The position numbers and the translations under genes were made by a program. The notes beneath the pieces were generated by a model. That model saw only the letters and a program-made list of their open reading frames with translations, ran no database searches and had not been told where the DNA came from. A DNA stretch of 64,000 nt from Squalus acanthias (Eukaryota), in assembly GCA_030390025.1 (NCBI GenBank), contig CM059432.1, forward strand, positions 74,898,001 through 74,962,000. Reading direction: 5' to 3'. Positions within the stretch are counted from its first letter, which is position 1, and every line of letters starts with the position of its first letter. This document shows, piece after piece, positions 24,325 through 37,327 of this stretch.

Positions 24325-27300
24325 CATATTTTCAAAACCAAATCTGGGGACACACAGGCAATATTCCCCTGCAATTTTTTTCGGTGCACGGCCACTTTAA
24401 CGGGCCGCGCGGCCCATTTAAAGCTTTGCGCAGAAATTTCACATTGGAAAAGCTGGTCCCAGGCTGCGCAGGACCGGCAGACAGTTGCGCAGCTTAGATA
24501 CACCGAATTACGAATCTTGCGTGTGTTCTGGCAATAGTGCTGTACCATCTACTCATCCCCGAATACCCTAAATTTAAATTTCTCAATTTTAAATCTGTTC
24601 CCAACAGACTGAGATTTTCCATGAAACACCCTCTGTCTCAGAAGGTTTCAGATTCACAAACCTCTTCCCGGTGGGAGAATTTAGAGCTTTCCTTCCCTTA
24701 TTCAATAAAAAAACCATGGTGCACCATACAGGTAAACTGGTAAAGTAGAGAAAATAGGGACATCTGGTCAGCCTAATCTAATAAACCACTCTGCTCATAT
24801 TGTAAATAGAAGTGTGTCCAGTGTCTGGCTCTGGTAAAATGCAAAAAAATACTTATTGCAAAGGCTGCGCTATGGATGTCACATTGGTGAAATTTTTCCT
24901 CATTATTTATAGATGGGACCGAAACTCAGCTCATTGGAGGCTTGTCCATGAGCCAACATATTAGACTGCTGAAGGAGAAGGATACTGTATGTAATTGTGC
25001 TGCTAAGTTGCAAAGCCAACTTATTTAAAACACATCCAGCAGTCTTGACAAAGTGGAACTAATGCTGTCAAGCTAGGCTGCGCGCCAGTTTGAATACCAG
25101 GTTTCGGCGGTGTATCATTGCTGAAGACCACTGGTGAACAATAGGATCATCAATCACAAATATACAGGCTTTTGCAGTGCAACCATAGCTAGAAGGTGTA
25201 ATATAACATCAGTTCTCGGGACATTTCGTGGCTGGTTTCGTAATTTATGCTACAATTCCACTTATATCTCCGAATCCAATGTATTTTCTTTCTTAAAAAT
25301 AACTAACAAAATGAGACAAGATTACAATGTAATTTACATTTTGTTTATTAAACATTTACTCTCACTTCATTGTAGATGAATCTAAAAGTAAGAGAAATAG
25401 TATTTCACCCTTGGATTTTAATTTTTTCCCAGTAACATATCAAACAACAAAAACATTTTTGCTTTACAATTCGGAATGTAACAAAATACATGCTCAATTA
25501 TTTGAAGATGTTCGTCCTACCTTAAGTTTTCTCGAAGAAGCTCATGAGTTGCATTTGTAGAAAATAGATTCTCTTCTAGATACTTCAGTGAATTATGGGA
25601 ACTTAACAATATTCGAACTGCTGCTTCACTGTGGACGCCTTTCACTTAATTAGGTCAACAGGAGGCCAGTGGTAGCTTGATAAAATAGCACAGCTTGTAT
25701 TGTTTGATGGGTGACTATGTATCTGCCAGGAAGGCCTCAGGCTTTCTTTCGTTTAAATTTAAAAGAGGCACAGATATGATTTATTATCTGAAAAATTGAC
25801 TTCTGTTTGGGTTAAATGGTCCAGCAGAGCATGGGGGGAAAGTCATTATCTTCTGTGTTACTTAGCATAAATCAGTATTTTTTTTCCCTAACATTGAGCA
25901 ATCTCAAGCACAATAGACAGAAATATACTAATACTGGAGCTTCGGCCCATTCTAATCATCAGCAGCCACTTTCCTCTTTTACAGAGGCACTCCCTTCCCC
26001 TTCACAGAAGCTTTCTTTCCCACTATCCTCCTCCCCCTCCCTCAATTCAAAGAGCATTCTCCCTGTCTAACCCTTCCCCATTTCACAGAGGCACTCTACC
26101 TCCTTACTGCTGTTCCTGACTGCAGCTCCTACCTGATACTTTTATTTCCAGGATTGGACTATTGCAGGCAGAATTCCTGATTTATCAGAAAACCAGGAAT
26201 TCCCCACAGACTCTCATCCCAGAACAAAGCAGCAGCGTCAGGTACAAGCTGCAGCTGGAACCACCAGTAAGAAGAACAGATGCATTTATATACCGTCTTT
26301 AATGTAGAAAAGTTTCCCAACATGCTTCACAGAGTCGTGAATAAAGAACAGACACCGAGCCAAAGAACGAAAGATTAAGTGGGTTGACCAAAAGCTTTGT
26401 CAAAGGGGTGAGCTTTAAGGAGGGTTTACAGAGGGAATTCCAGACAGTGTGACCTAGGCAACTGAAGGCATGGCTGCTAATGGTCTTTAGTAAATGGAAT
26501 GCTGTAATTTGCCTGCAAGATCCCTTGTGGCAGCAAATCATCTGTTAATTTGCCAAGCCAAGGGATAAAAAGTACACCCATTTTCTGCTGGGGTTGGGGT
26601 AGGGGAGAGATCAAGTGGTGCAATGTTAGATAATGTCCTATCACCTCTGGGAACTGGGTTCAAATCGAGCCCAATTTATGGGATAAAAGTCTGTTCTCTC
26701 TGATGGCAGGAAGGGTCCTATATGAAAACAGTTTGGCGAATTTCAATCCAGTTCCTATTGGGCATTGGTTCACAGCATAAAACTGCTTCTAATTTGACAA
26801 TAATTAGCAATAAATTGACATTCTCAATTAGTGGTCTGAAAATGCTGACACTGGCTGACAGGAATTCCCCAGCACCAACTTCCCTCACCTTGACGAGCAC
26901 ATGTGTTTTTTTTAAATGAATAAGGTTGCTGTAAAACATTAATTTATCAAAGAGTTACTTTTTGAAATGGAAAACAGAAGATGGGGGTTTCAGCGAGTAA
27001 GATTCTACCCACACTTGCTTTTAGAATATCTCCACATCATGCTTTTAGAATGACCATTGCTAACATGACTGAGTAGAAGGGAATGACCATCTGGGATTGT
27101 GGGGTCATAGGAACAAAGCTTCAATTCTTTTATCTGAACTCATAGTTTCAGCAGAATGGAGAAAGCTGATTGGTCAAGTAGTAGCATCATATTTCTGAAG
27201 CTTTAATACCACTTAACAGCTACTTTTAATTTCAACACACACAAACACATTTTGGGAAGAATATTTAGCTTGCAAGCTTTGTTTGGGTTTGTTTCTGGAA

Positions 27301-27344
27301 CATACAGTAGAGAATTTACTTCAATGATAACAGTACAAACAATA

Positions 27345-28073
27345 GATACAACCTTGGTATCATATTTGACCCTGAAATGAGCTTCCGACCACATATCCAC
27401 AGCATAACTAAGACCGCCTATTTCCACCTCTGTAACATCATCCATCTCTGCTCTTGCCTCAGCTCATCCACTGCCTCATCCATGCCTTTGTTATCTCTCG
27501 ACTTGACTATTCCAACGCACTCCTGGCTGGCCTCCCACATTCTACCCTACGTAAACTTGAGGTCATCCAAAACTCGCTGCCCATGTCCTAACTCGCACCA
27601 AGTCTCGTTTACCCATCACCCGTGTGCTCGCTGACCTACATTAGCTCCCGGTTAAGCAATGCCTCGATTTCAAAATTCTCATCCTTGTTTTCAAATCCCT
27701 CCATGGCCTTGCCCCTCCCTATCTCTGTAATCTCCTCCAGCCCCACAACCCCCCTGAGATATCTGCGCTCCAATAATTCTGCCCTCTTGAGCATCCCTGA
27801 TTATAACCACTCAACCATTGGTGGCCGTGCCTTCTGTTGCCGAGGCCCTAAGTTTTGGAATTCCCTGCCTAAACCTCTACGCCTCTCTACCTTTCTTTCC
27901 TACTTTATGGCGCTCCTTAAAACCTACCTCTTTGACCAAGCATTTGGTCACCTGCCCTAATTTCTCCTCATGTGGCTCAGTGTCAAATTTTTTGTCTTAT
28001 AACACTCCTGTGAAGTGCCTTGGAACATTTTATTACGTTAAATGCGCTATATAAATACACGTTGTTGTTGTTG
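27345..28073 (+). mobile_element. L2-clade LINE 3' fragment
   Basis: ORFs 27377-27634 and 27622-27960 (TAYFHLCNI..., IGGRAF...WNSLP...LKTYLF); tail gcgctatataaatac..(GTT)n. Confidence 0.85.
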
Positions 28074-28379
28074 TAGTAGACGCAATGGAGGTTTCTAGCA
28101 CTTACATTACTGGGACCAGAGAGAACAGTAAGCCTAATAGGAAAGGGATATATTGGCATTCCTTAAACTGAGCTCCCTCACTGACGTTGGATCAGAGGGT
28201 TGTCTGCAAAGACGATGAGTTGGCTGTGTTTTTAAGTTATGTTGTTTTCTTGCCTTGCATGCAGACACTGGAGATGTGGTCAAACTGGCACTTGTGCTTG
28301 CCTGTCCCAGATTAATGAGATGCCCTCCCACTGACCGCGCAACAGCCAGGATCACAACCCAAGGAATTTGTCTCAGATA

Positions 28380-31115
28380 TGGTTTTATGGAGAAGTGCCT
28401 GGGGACTGGAGAAAGGCAGATGCTACTCCTATTATTTTAAAAAAGGTAACAAAAGTGACCCAGGAAACTACAGACTAGTGAGTTTGATGTCCATTGCAGG
28501 TAAAGTTATGGAAACTCTCATTAAAGATGAGATCATGGAGCATTTGGATTGAAATATCATCATAAAAGGTAGCTAATATGGATTCATGAAGGGGAAGTCT
28601 TGTGAACCTAACTTACTGGTTTTCTTTGAGGATGTGATGAAAGAGCTTGATAAGGGTATGACAGTGGATGTGGCGAACTTGGATTCCAGTAAGGCCTTTG
28701 ATACAGTTCCTCTGGAAAGACTGTTACTGAAAATAAATATAGCAGGAATCCGTGGAAATATTTTACAATGGATACATAATTGGTTGATCAAATGAACCGA
28801 GAGGCACTTTGCCCATGGGATCCAGGGCAAAGTGTCAAGTTGGATTCAAAACTTGCTCGGAGACAGGAAGCAGAGGGTAATGGTTGATGGGTGTTTTTGT
28901 GACTGGAAGGCGGTTTCCAGTGGGGTTCCGCAGGGCTCAGTACTAGGTCCCTTGCTTTTTGTGGTACATATCAATGATCTAGACTTGAATATAGGGGGTA
29001 TGATTAAGAAGTTTGCAGATGATACTAAAATCGGCTGTGTGGTTGATACTAAAGAAGGAAGCTGTAGACTGCAGGAAGATATCAATAAATTGGTCAGGTG
29101 GGCAGAAAAGTGGCAAATGGAATTCAATCCGGAGAAGTGTGAGGTAATGCATTTGGGGAGGGCTAACAAGGAAAGGGAATACACATTAAATGGTAGGGCA
29201 CTGAGTAGTGTAGAGGAACAAAGGGACCTTGGAGTGCATGTCCACAGATCCCTGAAGGTAGCAGGCCAAGTAGATAAGGTGGCTAAGAAGGCATACGGAA
29301 TGCTTGCGCTTATTAGCCGTGGCATAGAATACAAGAGCAGGGGGGTTATACTTCAACTGTATAAAACACTAGTTAGGCCTCAGCTAGAGTACTGCGTGCA
29401 GTTCTGGTCACCACATTACAGGAAAGGTGTGATTGCACTAGAGAGGGTACAGAGGAGATTTACAAGGATGTTGCCGGGAGTAGAGAATCTTAGCTATGAG
29501 GAAAGACTGGATAGGCTGAGTCTATTTTCCTTGGAACAGAAGAGGCTGAGGGGAGACCTTATTGAGGTGTATAAAATTATGAGGGGCATAGATAAAGTGG
29601 ATAGAAAGGACCTATTTCCCTTAGCAGAAGGGTCAAAAACCAGGGGGCACAGATTTAAAGTAATTGGGGGAAGGTTTAGAGGGGATTTGAGGGGAAATTT
29701 CTTCACCCAGAGGGTTGTGGGAGTCTGAAACTCACTGCCTGAAAGGGTGATAGAGGCAGGAACACTAACCACATTTAAAAAGTACTTGGATGTGCACTTG
29801 GGATGCTCTAACCTGCAGGGCTACTGACCAAGAGTTGGGAAGTGGGATTAGGCTGGATAGCTCTTTGTTGGCCGAAATGGCCTCCTTCCGTGCTGTAACT
29901 TTCTATGATTCTATGAGAGGATAATTGTACAGCGATTTACATCAGACTGGGAGAATGTTACCAGTGGGGTCCCACAGAGGTCTGTTTTGGGACCTCTTTT
30001 GTTTAATATCTTCATAAATAATGTGGAGCTAGGAGTCAAAAGCACAATGGCTAAATTTGCAGATGATCCAAAGCTAATGAAGGTGGTAGACTCCAAACTG
30101 AACCAGATAAGCTATAAGAGGATTTGAATATACTTGGGAATTGGGCAGACAGGTGGCAGATGAAATTCAATGTAGAGAAATTCAAAGTGCTTCACCTGGG
30201 GACAAAAAATCAAGGTAGGGACTATTAGTTAAATGGATAAAAAATAATGTGCATAGAAAATGAAAGCAATCTGGGGGTCCTGATTGACAGTAAATTGAAA
30301 CTATCGCAACAATGATCGGTGGCAGTGAGTAAAGCAAATCAGATGTTAGAATATATTAAACGGTCAATAGTGAGGTAATCCTGCCACTTTATAAATCATT
30401 GGTGTGACCACACTTAGAATACTGTGTACAATTCTGGTTGCCACAGTACAAAAAGAATATTGCAGCTATTGAAAGGATACAGAAGAGAGCAACCAGAATG
30501 ATTGAGAGGATGGAGGGATTGGATGATGAGGAGCAATTATGTAAATTGGGCATGTTCTCATTGGAGAAGAGAAGGGGGAGAGTTGATATGATTGTTTTTA
30601 CAATTCTAAAGGGACTAGATAATGTAGACCATGACCAGCTATTCCACCTTGTTCAGAACAGTTGTACCAGAGGACACGGCCTGCGCTTGAAGGTGGGGTA
30701 AATTCAAAACTAATCTGCAAAAACATTATTTCAGTGAGTGAGTGGTCAATCTATGGTACAGGCTCCTTATGGAGAAAGTGGAAGCAGCTAGTATTGATTC
30801 ATTCAAATGCAAATTAGATAGATTTCTTTCAGAAAATATTTTGGGATACAGTGCATGAGTAATTTACACATGACGTATGGTAAGTGTAGCATGCTTGGGA
30901 GGAACAGATGACTTTGGACCTATGGTTCTAAAAGATTTCCACCACTGGGGGTTTCCTCACCTCAAGTCTGGGTCTGGTATAGAGTAATTAATAATGATTG
31001 ATTGCGATGTTTAGTCAACAACTCCATTATTGTTGTATCATGCCACTACCAAGATGGTAGAAGGTGAACTAGATGGACCTTGTTTTTTTTTCATCTAACA
31101 ATTCCTATGTTCCAT
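28380..31115 (+). mobile_element. Older CR1 LINE (28380-28795 plus 29915-31115) split by a younger CR1
   Basis: Degraded RT-domain ORFs 28586-28795 and 30438-30701 are collinear across the insertion. Confidence 0.8.
28800..29914 (+). mobile_element. Younger 5'-truncated CR1 LINE (RT)
   Basis: ORF 28832-29728 with GVPQGSVLGP and FADD; 3' tail ttctatgattctatga. Confidence 0.93.
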
Positions 31116-32683
31116 GAGGAGCAAGGGAGATTGGCTAATACCTTGTTTGTGTATGCATCTGCACAGTCTGAGCAACAGAATACTTGGTTATCATGTGCTA
31201 TTTAGAAGAAGATGCAAATTTGATCAGCAATCCTATTTATATAGACAACTGTAGAACAACTCCCTGGTGAAAGTAATCCTATTAAGTTGCTTTGCTAAGT
31301 GCAAATGACTTATTGTGTGATACATCTTGACAGACTACAGGGAGATTTTCTACACTTAGCAGATGGAACAAAATGTCCTATTCAGAAGCAATAACTACTC
31401 TTCCGTAGGAAATATTGCTGAGCGTGTATGAATCCATATCAACAACATGCATATACACACACATTACATTAATAACTTGCAGTTATATAGTGGAGGGGTC
31501 CCGAGAGGTGGTGGAAAGGTAGAGTAAGTATCTGTAGTGTACATGTGTAAGCTGACCCCTTGTCTTCAGATGATTTCACCAAGGGGCAGCAAGTAGATGG
31601 GGAGAGGATGGAGCCAAGGATAGATCCATGGGGGACTCCAGAGGTAATGGTGTAGGGATGGGAAGAGAAGCTATTGCTGGAGATGCTCTGGCTATGATTT
31701 GAATGGACAAGAGTGGAACAACAGAGAAGTTGGAGGACGATGGTGTGGCCATCCATCAAATGCTGCAGAGAGCAAAGGGGCACGAGGAGGGAAATGTACC
31801 AAGCAAATAATGTGATATTGATTAGGACCGTTTCATTGTTGTGTCGGGGCAGAAACCTGATCAGAAAGATTCAAACTTGAAGCTGTGTGAAAGCTGGGCT
31901 TGGGTTTGGCATTCAAAGCCTTTGGAGAGCAAAGGGAGGTTAGGGATTGGAGAAAATAACAAGACTGAAGATTGACAAATCTCCAGGACCTGATGGCTTC
32001 CACCCTAGGGTATTAAAAGAAGTAGATGAGGTAATTGCAGATGCTTTAATCATGATCTTCCAATGCTCTCTTGATTCAGGAATTGTCCCCTTGGATTGGA
32101 AAACTGCCAATGTCACTCCATTATTTAAGAAAGGCGGGAGAGAGAAACTAGGAAATTGTCGACCTATTAGTCTATCGTCTGTTGTGGGGAAGTTACTAGA
32201 ATCTGCCATTAAGGACAGAGTGCTTGGATAACTTCCAACATAGCACAGGAGGAGCACTTGGATAAATATGAACTGATCAGAGAGAGCCAGCATGGATTTG
32301 TAAAGGGTAAGTCTATTCTAACTAACTTAGTTGATTTTTTTGAGGAGGTCACTAATGTAGATAAGGAAGTGTCTATGGATGTTATTTATATGGACTTCTA
32401 GATGACATTCGATAAGGTTCCTCACAAGAGGCTGTTAGCAAAAATGAAAGTGCATGGAATTGGAGGCAACCTATTGACATGGTAGGGACTTGGTTAGGAG
32501 GTAGGAGACGGACAGTAGGGTGTAGGAATGGGTATGTACTCCAGTTGGCACGATGTGACTAGTAATGTCCCACAAGGGATCTGCACTGGGGCCTCAATTT
32601 TCACTATATTTATCAATGACCTAAATGAAGGAAATGAGAAGTTGCACAACACCAGGTTATAGTCCAACAGGTTTATTTGAAAT

Positions 32684-32718
32684 TACGAGCTTTCGGAGCT
32701 CTGCTCCTTCGTCAGGTA
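32684..32718 (-). ncRNA. Minimal type I hammerhead ribozyme motif (mirror copy)
   Basis: Exact reverse complement of 32734-32768. Confidence 0.8.
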
Positions 32719-32733
32719 CAGTGACCCTCACTC

Positions 32734-32768
32734 TACCTGACGAAGGAGCAGAGCTCCGAAAGCTCGTA
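32734..32768 (+). ncRNA. Minimal type I hammerhead ribozyme motif
   Basis: TAC / CTGACGA / A / GGAGC-AGA-GCTCC / GAA + palindromic AGCT + C / GTA. Confidence 0.8.
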
Positions 32769-33400
32769 ATTTCAAATAAAACTGTTGGACAATAACCTGG
32801 TGTTGTGCGACTTCTCATTTTTGTCCACCCCAGTCCAACACCGGCATCTCCGCATCATAAATGAAGGAAGAGAGAGCCATATATTTGCTAACAACACTAA
32901 GTTAGGTGGCACAGTAAGTCATGTAGATGGGAGCAAAAAGTTGCAAGGGGTATTGATAGATTAAGTGAGTGGGCAAAACTGTGGCAGATGGAGTTCAATA
33001 TGGGGAAGTGTGAGGTCATCCACTTTGGATGATCTCACAATAAGGAAGATAGATCAAAGTATTTTCTGAAATAGTGAGAAGCTAGGAACTGTGGAGGAAC
33101 AGAGAGAGTGCAGATTGGAACAGAGTGTTAAACTGCGAGTTTGGTGAGTGAGGGAGTTTGGGGAGGGAGGTATTCCTTTCTTTTTCCATCTTTGTCAGCT
33201 TCCAGGAGAGCAGGAGCTAAAAAGCTGCACAAGAGGGGACAGAGAACCAGTGGTGAGTATTTCTACATTCCAGTCATTAAAGTAAAAGTAAGGTCTCTAG
33301 TTTAGAGTAAGTAGTGTTTAAAGGGAAGTAAGGTCCCTAGTGTATTTAATATTCTTTAATTTAAAGGGAGTAAATTAAGGGTAGGACATGGCAGGGCAGC

Positions 33401-34342
33401 GTGGAGTGCTCCTCCTGTGCTATGTTGGAAGTCAGGGACACTTTAGGTGTCCAGGGCGAACACATGTGCAGGAAGTGTCTCCAGCTGCAGCTACTCGAAA
33501 TCCGTGTTTCGGAGCTGCAGCTGGAGTCACTGTGGAGCATCCGCGAAGCTGAGATCTTCGTGGATAGCATGTTTAATAAGGTGGTTACCCCACAGTTAAA
33601 GAGTGCACAGGCAGACAGGGAATGGGTGACCGCCAGACAGAGTAAAAGAACTAGGAAGGTAGTGCAGGAGTCCCCTGGGTCCATCTCCCTCTCCGACAGA
33701 TTTTCCGTTTTGGATACTGATGGGGGAGATAGTTTCTCAGGGGAATGCAGCAAGAGCGAAGTCCGTGGCACTACGAGTGGCTCAGCTGCACAGGAGGGGA
33801 GGAAAAAGAGTGGGAAAGCAATAGTGATAGGGGATTCTATCGTAAGGGGAACAGATAGACGTTTCTGTGGCCGCAGATGTGACTCCAGGATGGTACGTTG
33901 CCTCCCTGGTGCCAGGGTCAAGGATGTCACTGAACGGCTGCAGGGCATTCTGAAGGGGGAAGGCGAACAGTCAGAGGTCGTAGTTCACATTGGTACCAAC
34001 GACATGGATAGAAAGAGGGATGAGGTCCTGCAACAAGAATTTAGGGAGCTAGGTAACAGATTAAAAAGCAGGACCTCAAAGGTTGTAATCTCTGGATTAC
34101 TCCCGGTGCCACGTGCTAGTGAGTATAGGAATAGGAGGATAGAGCAGATGAATGCGTGGCTAAAGAGTTGGTGCAGGAGGGAGGGCTTTAGTTTCCTGGA
34201 TCACTGGGTCTGCTTCTGGGGAAGGTGGGACCTGTACAAGTTGGACGGGTTGCACCTGAACCGGAACGGGACCAACATCCTTGCAGGGAGGTTTGCTAGT
34301 ACTGTTTGTGGGGGGGGGGGGGGGGGGGGGGGTTTAAACTAA
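33401..34342 (+). CDS. CR1 ORF1p: CxxC..CxxC zinc-finger/leucine-zipper N-terminus plus SGNH/GDSL esterase domain
   Basis: Motifs CSSC...CRKC, IVIGDSIVRG, VVHIGTND and DGLHLN. The likely ATG at 33388 is out of frame with the ORF, so the start appears damaged. Confidence 0.85.
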   Translation: MECSSCAMLEVRDTLGVQGEHMCRKCLQLQLLEIRVSELQLESLWSIREAEIFVDSMFNKVVTPQLKSAQADREWVTARQSKRTRKVVQESPGSISLSDRFSVLDTDGGDSFSGECSKSEVRGTTSGSAAQEGRKKSGKAIVIGDSIVRGTDRRFCGRRCDSRMVRCLPGARVKDVTERLQGILKGEGEQSEVVVHIGTNDMDRKRDEVLQQEFRELGNRLKSRTSKVVISGLLPVPRASEYRNRRIEQMNAWLKSWCRREGFSFLDHWVCFWGRWDLYKLDGLHLNRNGTNILAGRFASTVCGGGGGGGGLN

Positions 34343-34460
34343 CTTGGCAGGGGGATGGGATACGGAGTGGAGCTATACTAGGGGTGATGCACAGCCAAAT
34401 AAACAGGAAAAAGCAAGTCAGCCTGGAAGGCAGAGCAAATATGTAACGGCACAAGGGAGT

Positions 34461-37327
34461 ATGGCAAGGCTGGATGGCATTTATTTTAATGCAAGGAGTC
34501 TTACGAGTAAGGCAGATGAATTGAAGGTGTTGATGAACACATGGGAGTATGATATTGTTGCTATCACAGAGACATGGTTGAGGGAGGGGCAGGACTGGCA
34601 GCTCAATATTCCGGGGTATAGAATCTTCAGGTGACACAGAGGGGGGTGTAAAAGAGGAGGGGGTGTCGCAATATTAATCAAGGAGTCAATTACTGCTGTA
34701 TGGAGGGATGATATCTTAGCAGGTTCCTCTAATGAGGCCATATGGGTAGAACTTAAAAACAAAAAGGGGGCAAGCACTTTGCTGGGAGTGTACTATAGGC
34801 CGCCAAACAGTCAGGAGGAGATAGAGGAACTGATATGTAGGCAAATCTCAGAAGTGTAGAAATAATAGGGTAATAATAGTAGGGGATTTCAACTTCCCCA
34901 ATATTAACTGGGATAGTCAGAGTGTGAAAGGCTTAGAGGTTGCGGAATTCTTAAAGTGCATCCAGGAGAGCTTTTTGAGCCAGCATGTAGAAAGTCCTAC
35001 AAGAGAGGGGGTGGTACTGGATCTAATTCTAGGGAATGTAGCCGGGCAAGTGGTAGAAGTGTCAGTAGGAGAGCATTTTGGTGACAGTGACCATAATTCG
35101 GTGAGATTTAAGGTAGTCATGGAAAAGGACAAAGATGGACCGGAAATAAAGGTTCTAAATTGGGGGAAGGCCGATTTTAATATGATAAGGCAGGATCTGG
35201 CCAAAGTGGACTGGGATCAGCTACTTGTAGGAAAATCCACATCAGAGCAGTGGGAGTCCTTCAGAAAGGAAATAGAGAGTACAATGCCAACATGTTCCTG
35301 TAAAGGTCAAGGGTGGGACCAACAAGCCCAGGGAACCCTGGATGTCAAGGGATATACAAGAATGGAGTAGGAAAAAAAAGGAGGCTTTTGGCAGATGCAA
35401 AGGACTAATAACAGTGGAAGCCCCAGAGGAGTATAGAAAGTGCAGGGGGGCACTTAAAAAAGAAATTAGGAGAGCGAAGAGGGGGCATGAAAAAACACTG
35501 GCGGGCAAAATAAAGGAAAATCCCAAGGTGTTTTATAAGTATATTAAGGGCAAGAGGATAACCAGGGAAAGAGTAGGGCCCATTCGGGACTAAAGTGGCA
35601 ATCTGTGTTTAGAGGTAGGTGAGGTTTTAAATGAATATTTTGCATCTGTGTTTACTATGGAAAAGGACGATGTAGGCATAGAAATCAGGCAGGGGGATTG
35701 TGATATACTTGAACAAATTAGTATCGAGAGGGAGGAGGTACTAGCGGTTTTAGCGGGCTTAAAAGTGGATAAATCCCCAGGCCCAGACGAGATGTATCCC
35801 CGGCTGCTGCGTGAGGCAAGGGAGTAGATTGCAGGGGCTCTGACACAAATTTTCAGAACCTCTCTGGCCACAGCGGAGGTGCCAGAGGACTGGAGAACAG
35901 CTAACATAGTACCATTATTCAAGAAGGGTAGTAGGGATAAACCAGGGAATTACAGGCCAGTGAGCCTAACATCAGTGGTAGGGAAATTATTGGAAAAAAT
36001 TCTGAGGGACAGAATTAGTCTCCACTTGGAGAGGCAAGGATTAATCAAGCATAGTCAGCATGGCTTTGTCAGGGGGAGATCGTGTCTAACCAATTTAATT
36101 GAATTTTTCGAGGGAGTGACTAGGTGTGTGGATGAGGGTAGTGCAGTTGATGTAGTCTACATGGACTTCAGTAAGGCTTTTGACAAAGTCCCGCATGGGA
36201 GACTGGTCAAGAATGTAAGAGCCCATGGGATCCAGGGCAATTTGGCACATTGGATCCAAAATTGGCTTAGTGGCAGGAGGCAGAGGGTGATGTTCGAAGG
36301 TTGTTTTTGTGACTGGAAGCTTGTGTCCAGTGGTGTACCGCAGGGATTGGTGCTGGGTCCCTTGCTGTTTGTAGTGTACATTAATGATTTAGATATGAAT
36401 GTAGGAGGTATGATCAGTAAGTTCGCAGATAACACGAAAATTGGTGGAGTGGTAAATAGCGAGGAGGGAAGCCTCAGGCTACAGGATGATATAGACGGGT
36501 TAGTTAGATGGGCAGAACAGTGGCAAATGGAATTTAACCCTGAAAAGTGTGAGGTGATGCATTCTGGGAGGACTAACAAGGCAAGGGAATACACAATGAA
36601 TGGTAGGACTCTAGGAAGGACAGAGGATCAGAGGGACCTTGGTGTGCATGTACATAGATCCCTGAAGGCAGCAGGACAGGTAGCTAAGGTGGTTAAAAAG
36701 GCATATGGGATATTTGCCTTCATTAGCCGAGGCATAGAATATAAGAGCAGGGAGGTTATGATGGAGCTGTACAAAACGCTAGTTAGGCCACAGCTGGAAT
36801 ACTGTGTGCAGTTCTGGTCGCCACACTATAGGAAGGATGTGATTGTATTGGAGAGGGTGCAGAGGAGATTCACCGGGATGTTACCTGGGCTGGAGCGCTT
36901 TAGCTATGAAGAGAGACTGGACAGGCTGGGGTTGTTTTCCTTAGAGCAGAGAAGGCTGAGGGGGGACCTGGTTGAGGTGTACAAAATTATGAGGAGCATA
37001 GATAGGGTAGATAGAAAGGAACTTTTCCCCTTAGTAGAGGGGTCAATAACCAGGGGGCATAGTTTCAAGGTAAGGGGCAGGAGGTTTAGAGGGGATTTGA
37101 GGGAAAACTTTTTCACCCAGAGTGTGGTTGGAATCTGGAACTCACTGCCTGAAAAGGTGATAGATGCAGGAACCCTCACAACATTCAAGAAGTATTTAGA
37201 TGAGCACTTGAAACGCCATAGCATACAAGGCTACGGACCAAGTGCTGGAAAATGGGATTCGAATAGACAGGGCTTGATGGCCGGCGCGGACACGATGGGC
37301 CTCTTTCTGTGCTGTATAACTCTATGA
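34461..37327 (+). pseudogene. CR1 ORF2 (endonuclease-reverse transcriptase), inactivated
   Basis: Several stops/frameshifts (e.g. TGA 34632-34634, TAA 35591-35593). The RT catalytic motif reads FADN instead of FADD. Confidence 0.9.

Larger units (their letters stand above)
22487..24775. mobile_element. Non-autonomous hAT element, interrupted in its left terminus
   Basis: TIRs TAGGGTGACCA ... TGGTCAGCCTA; perfect 8-bp TSD ATCTAATA at 22479-22486 and 24776-24783. Confidence 0.88.
32634..32857. mobile_element. Short Penelope-type terminal-repeat insertion: 93-bp inverted repeat plus 37-nt tail
   Basis: Arms 32632-32724 and 32728-32820 (4 mismatches in 93, loop CCC). 12-bp TSD TAAATGAAGGAA at 32622-32633 and 32858-32869. 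Confidence 0.85.

Noticed and set aside
28846..36594. Antisense ORFs such as 28846-29334 and 36157-36594
   Set aside because: These are shadow frames of CR1 RT sequence.
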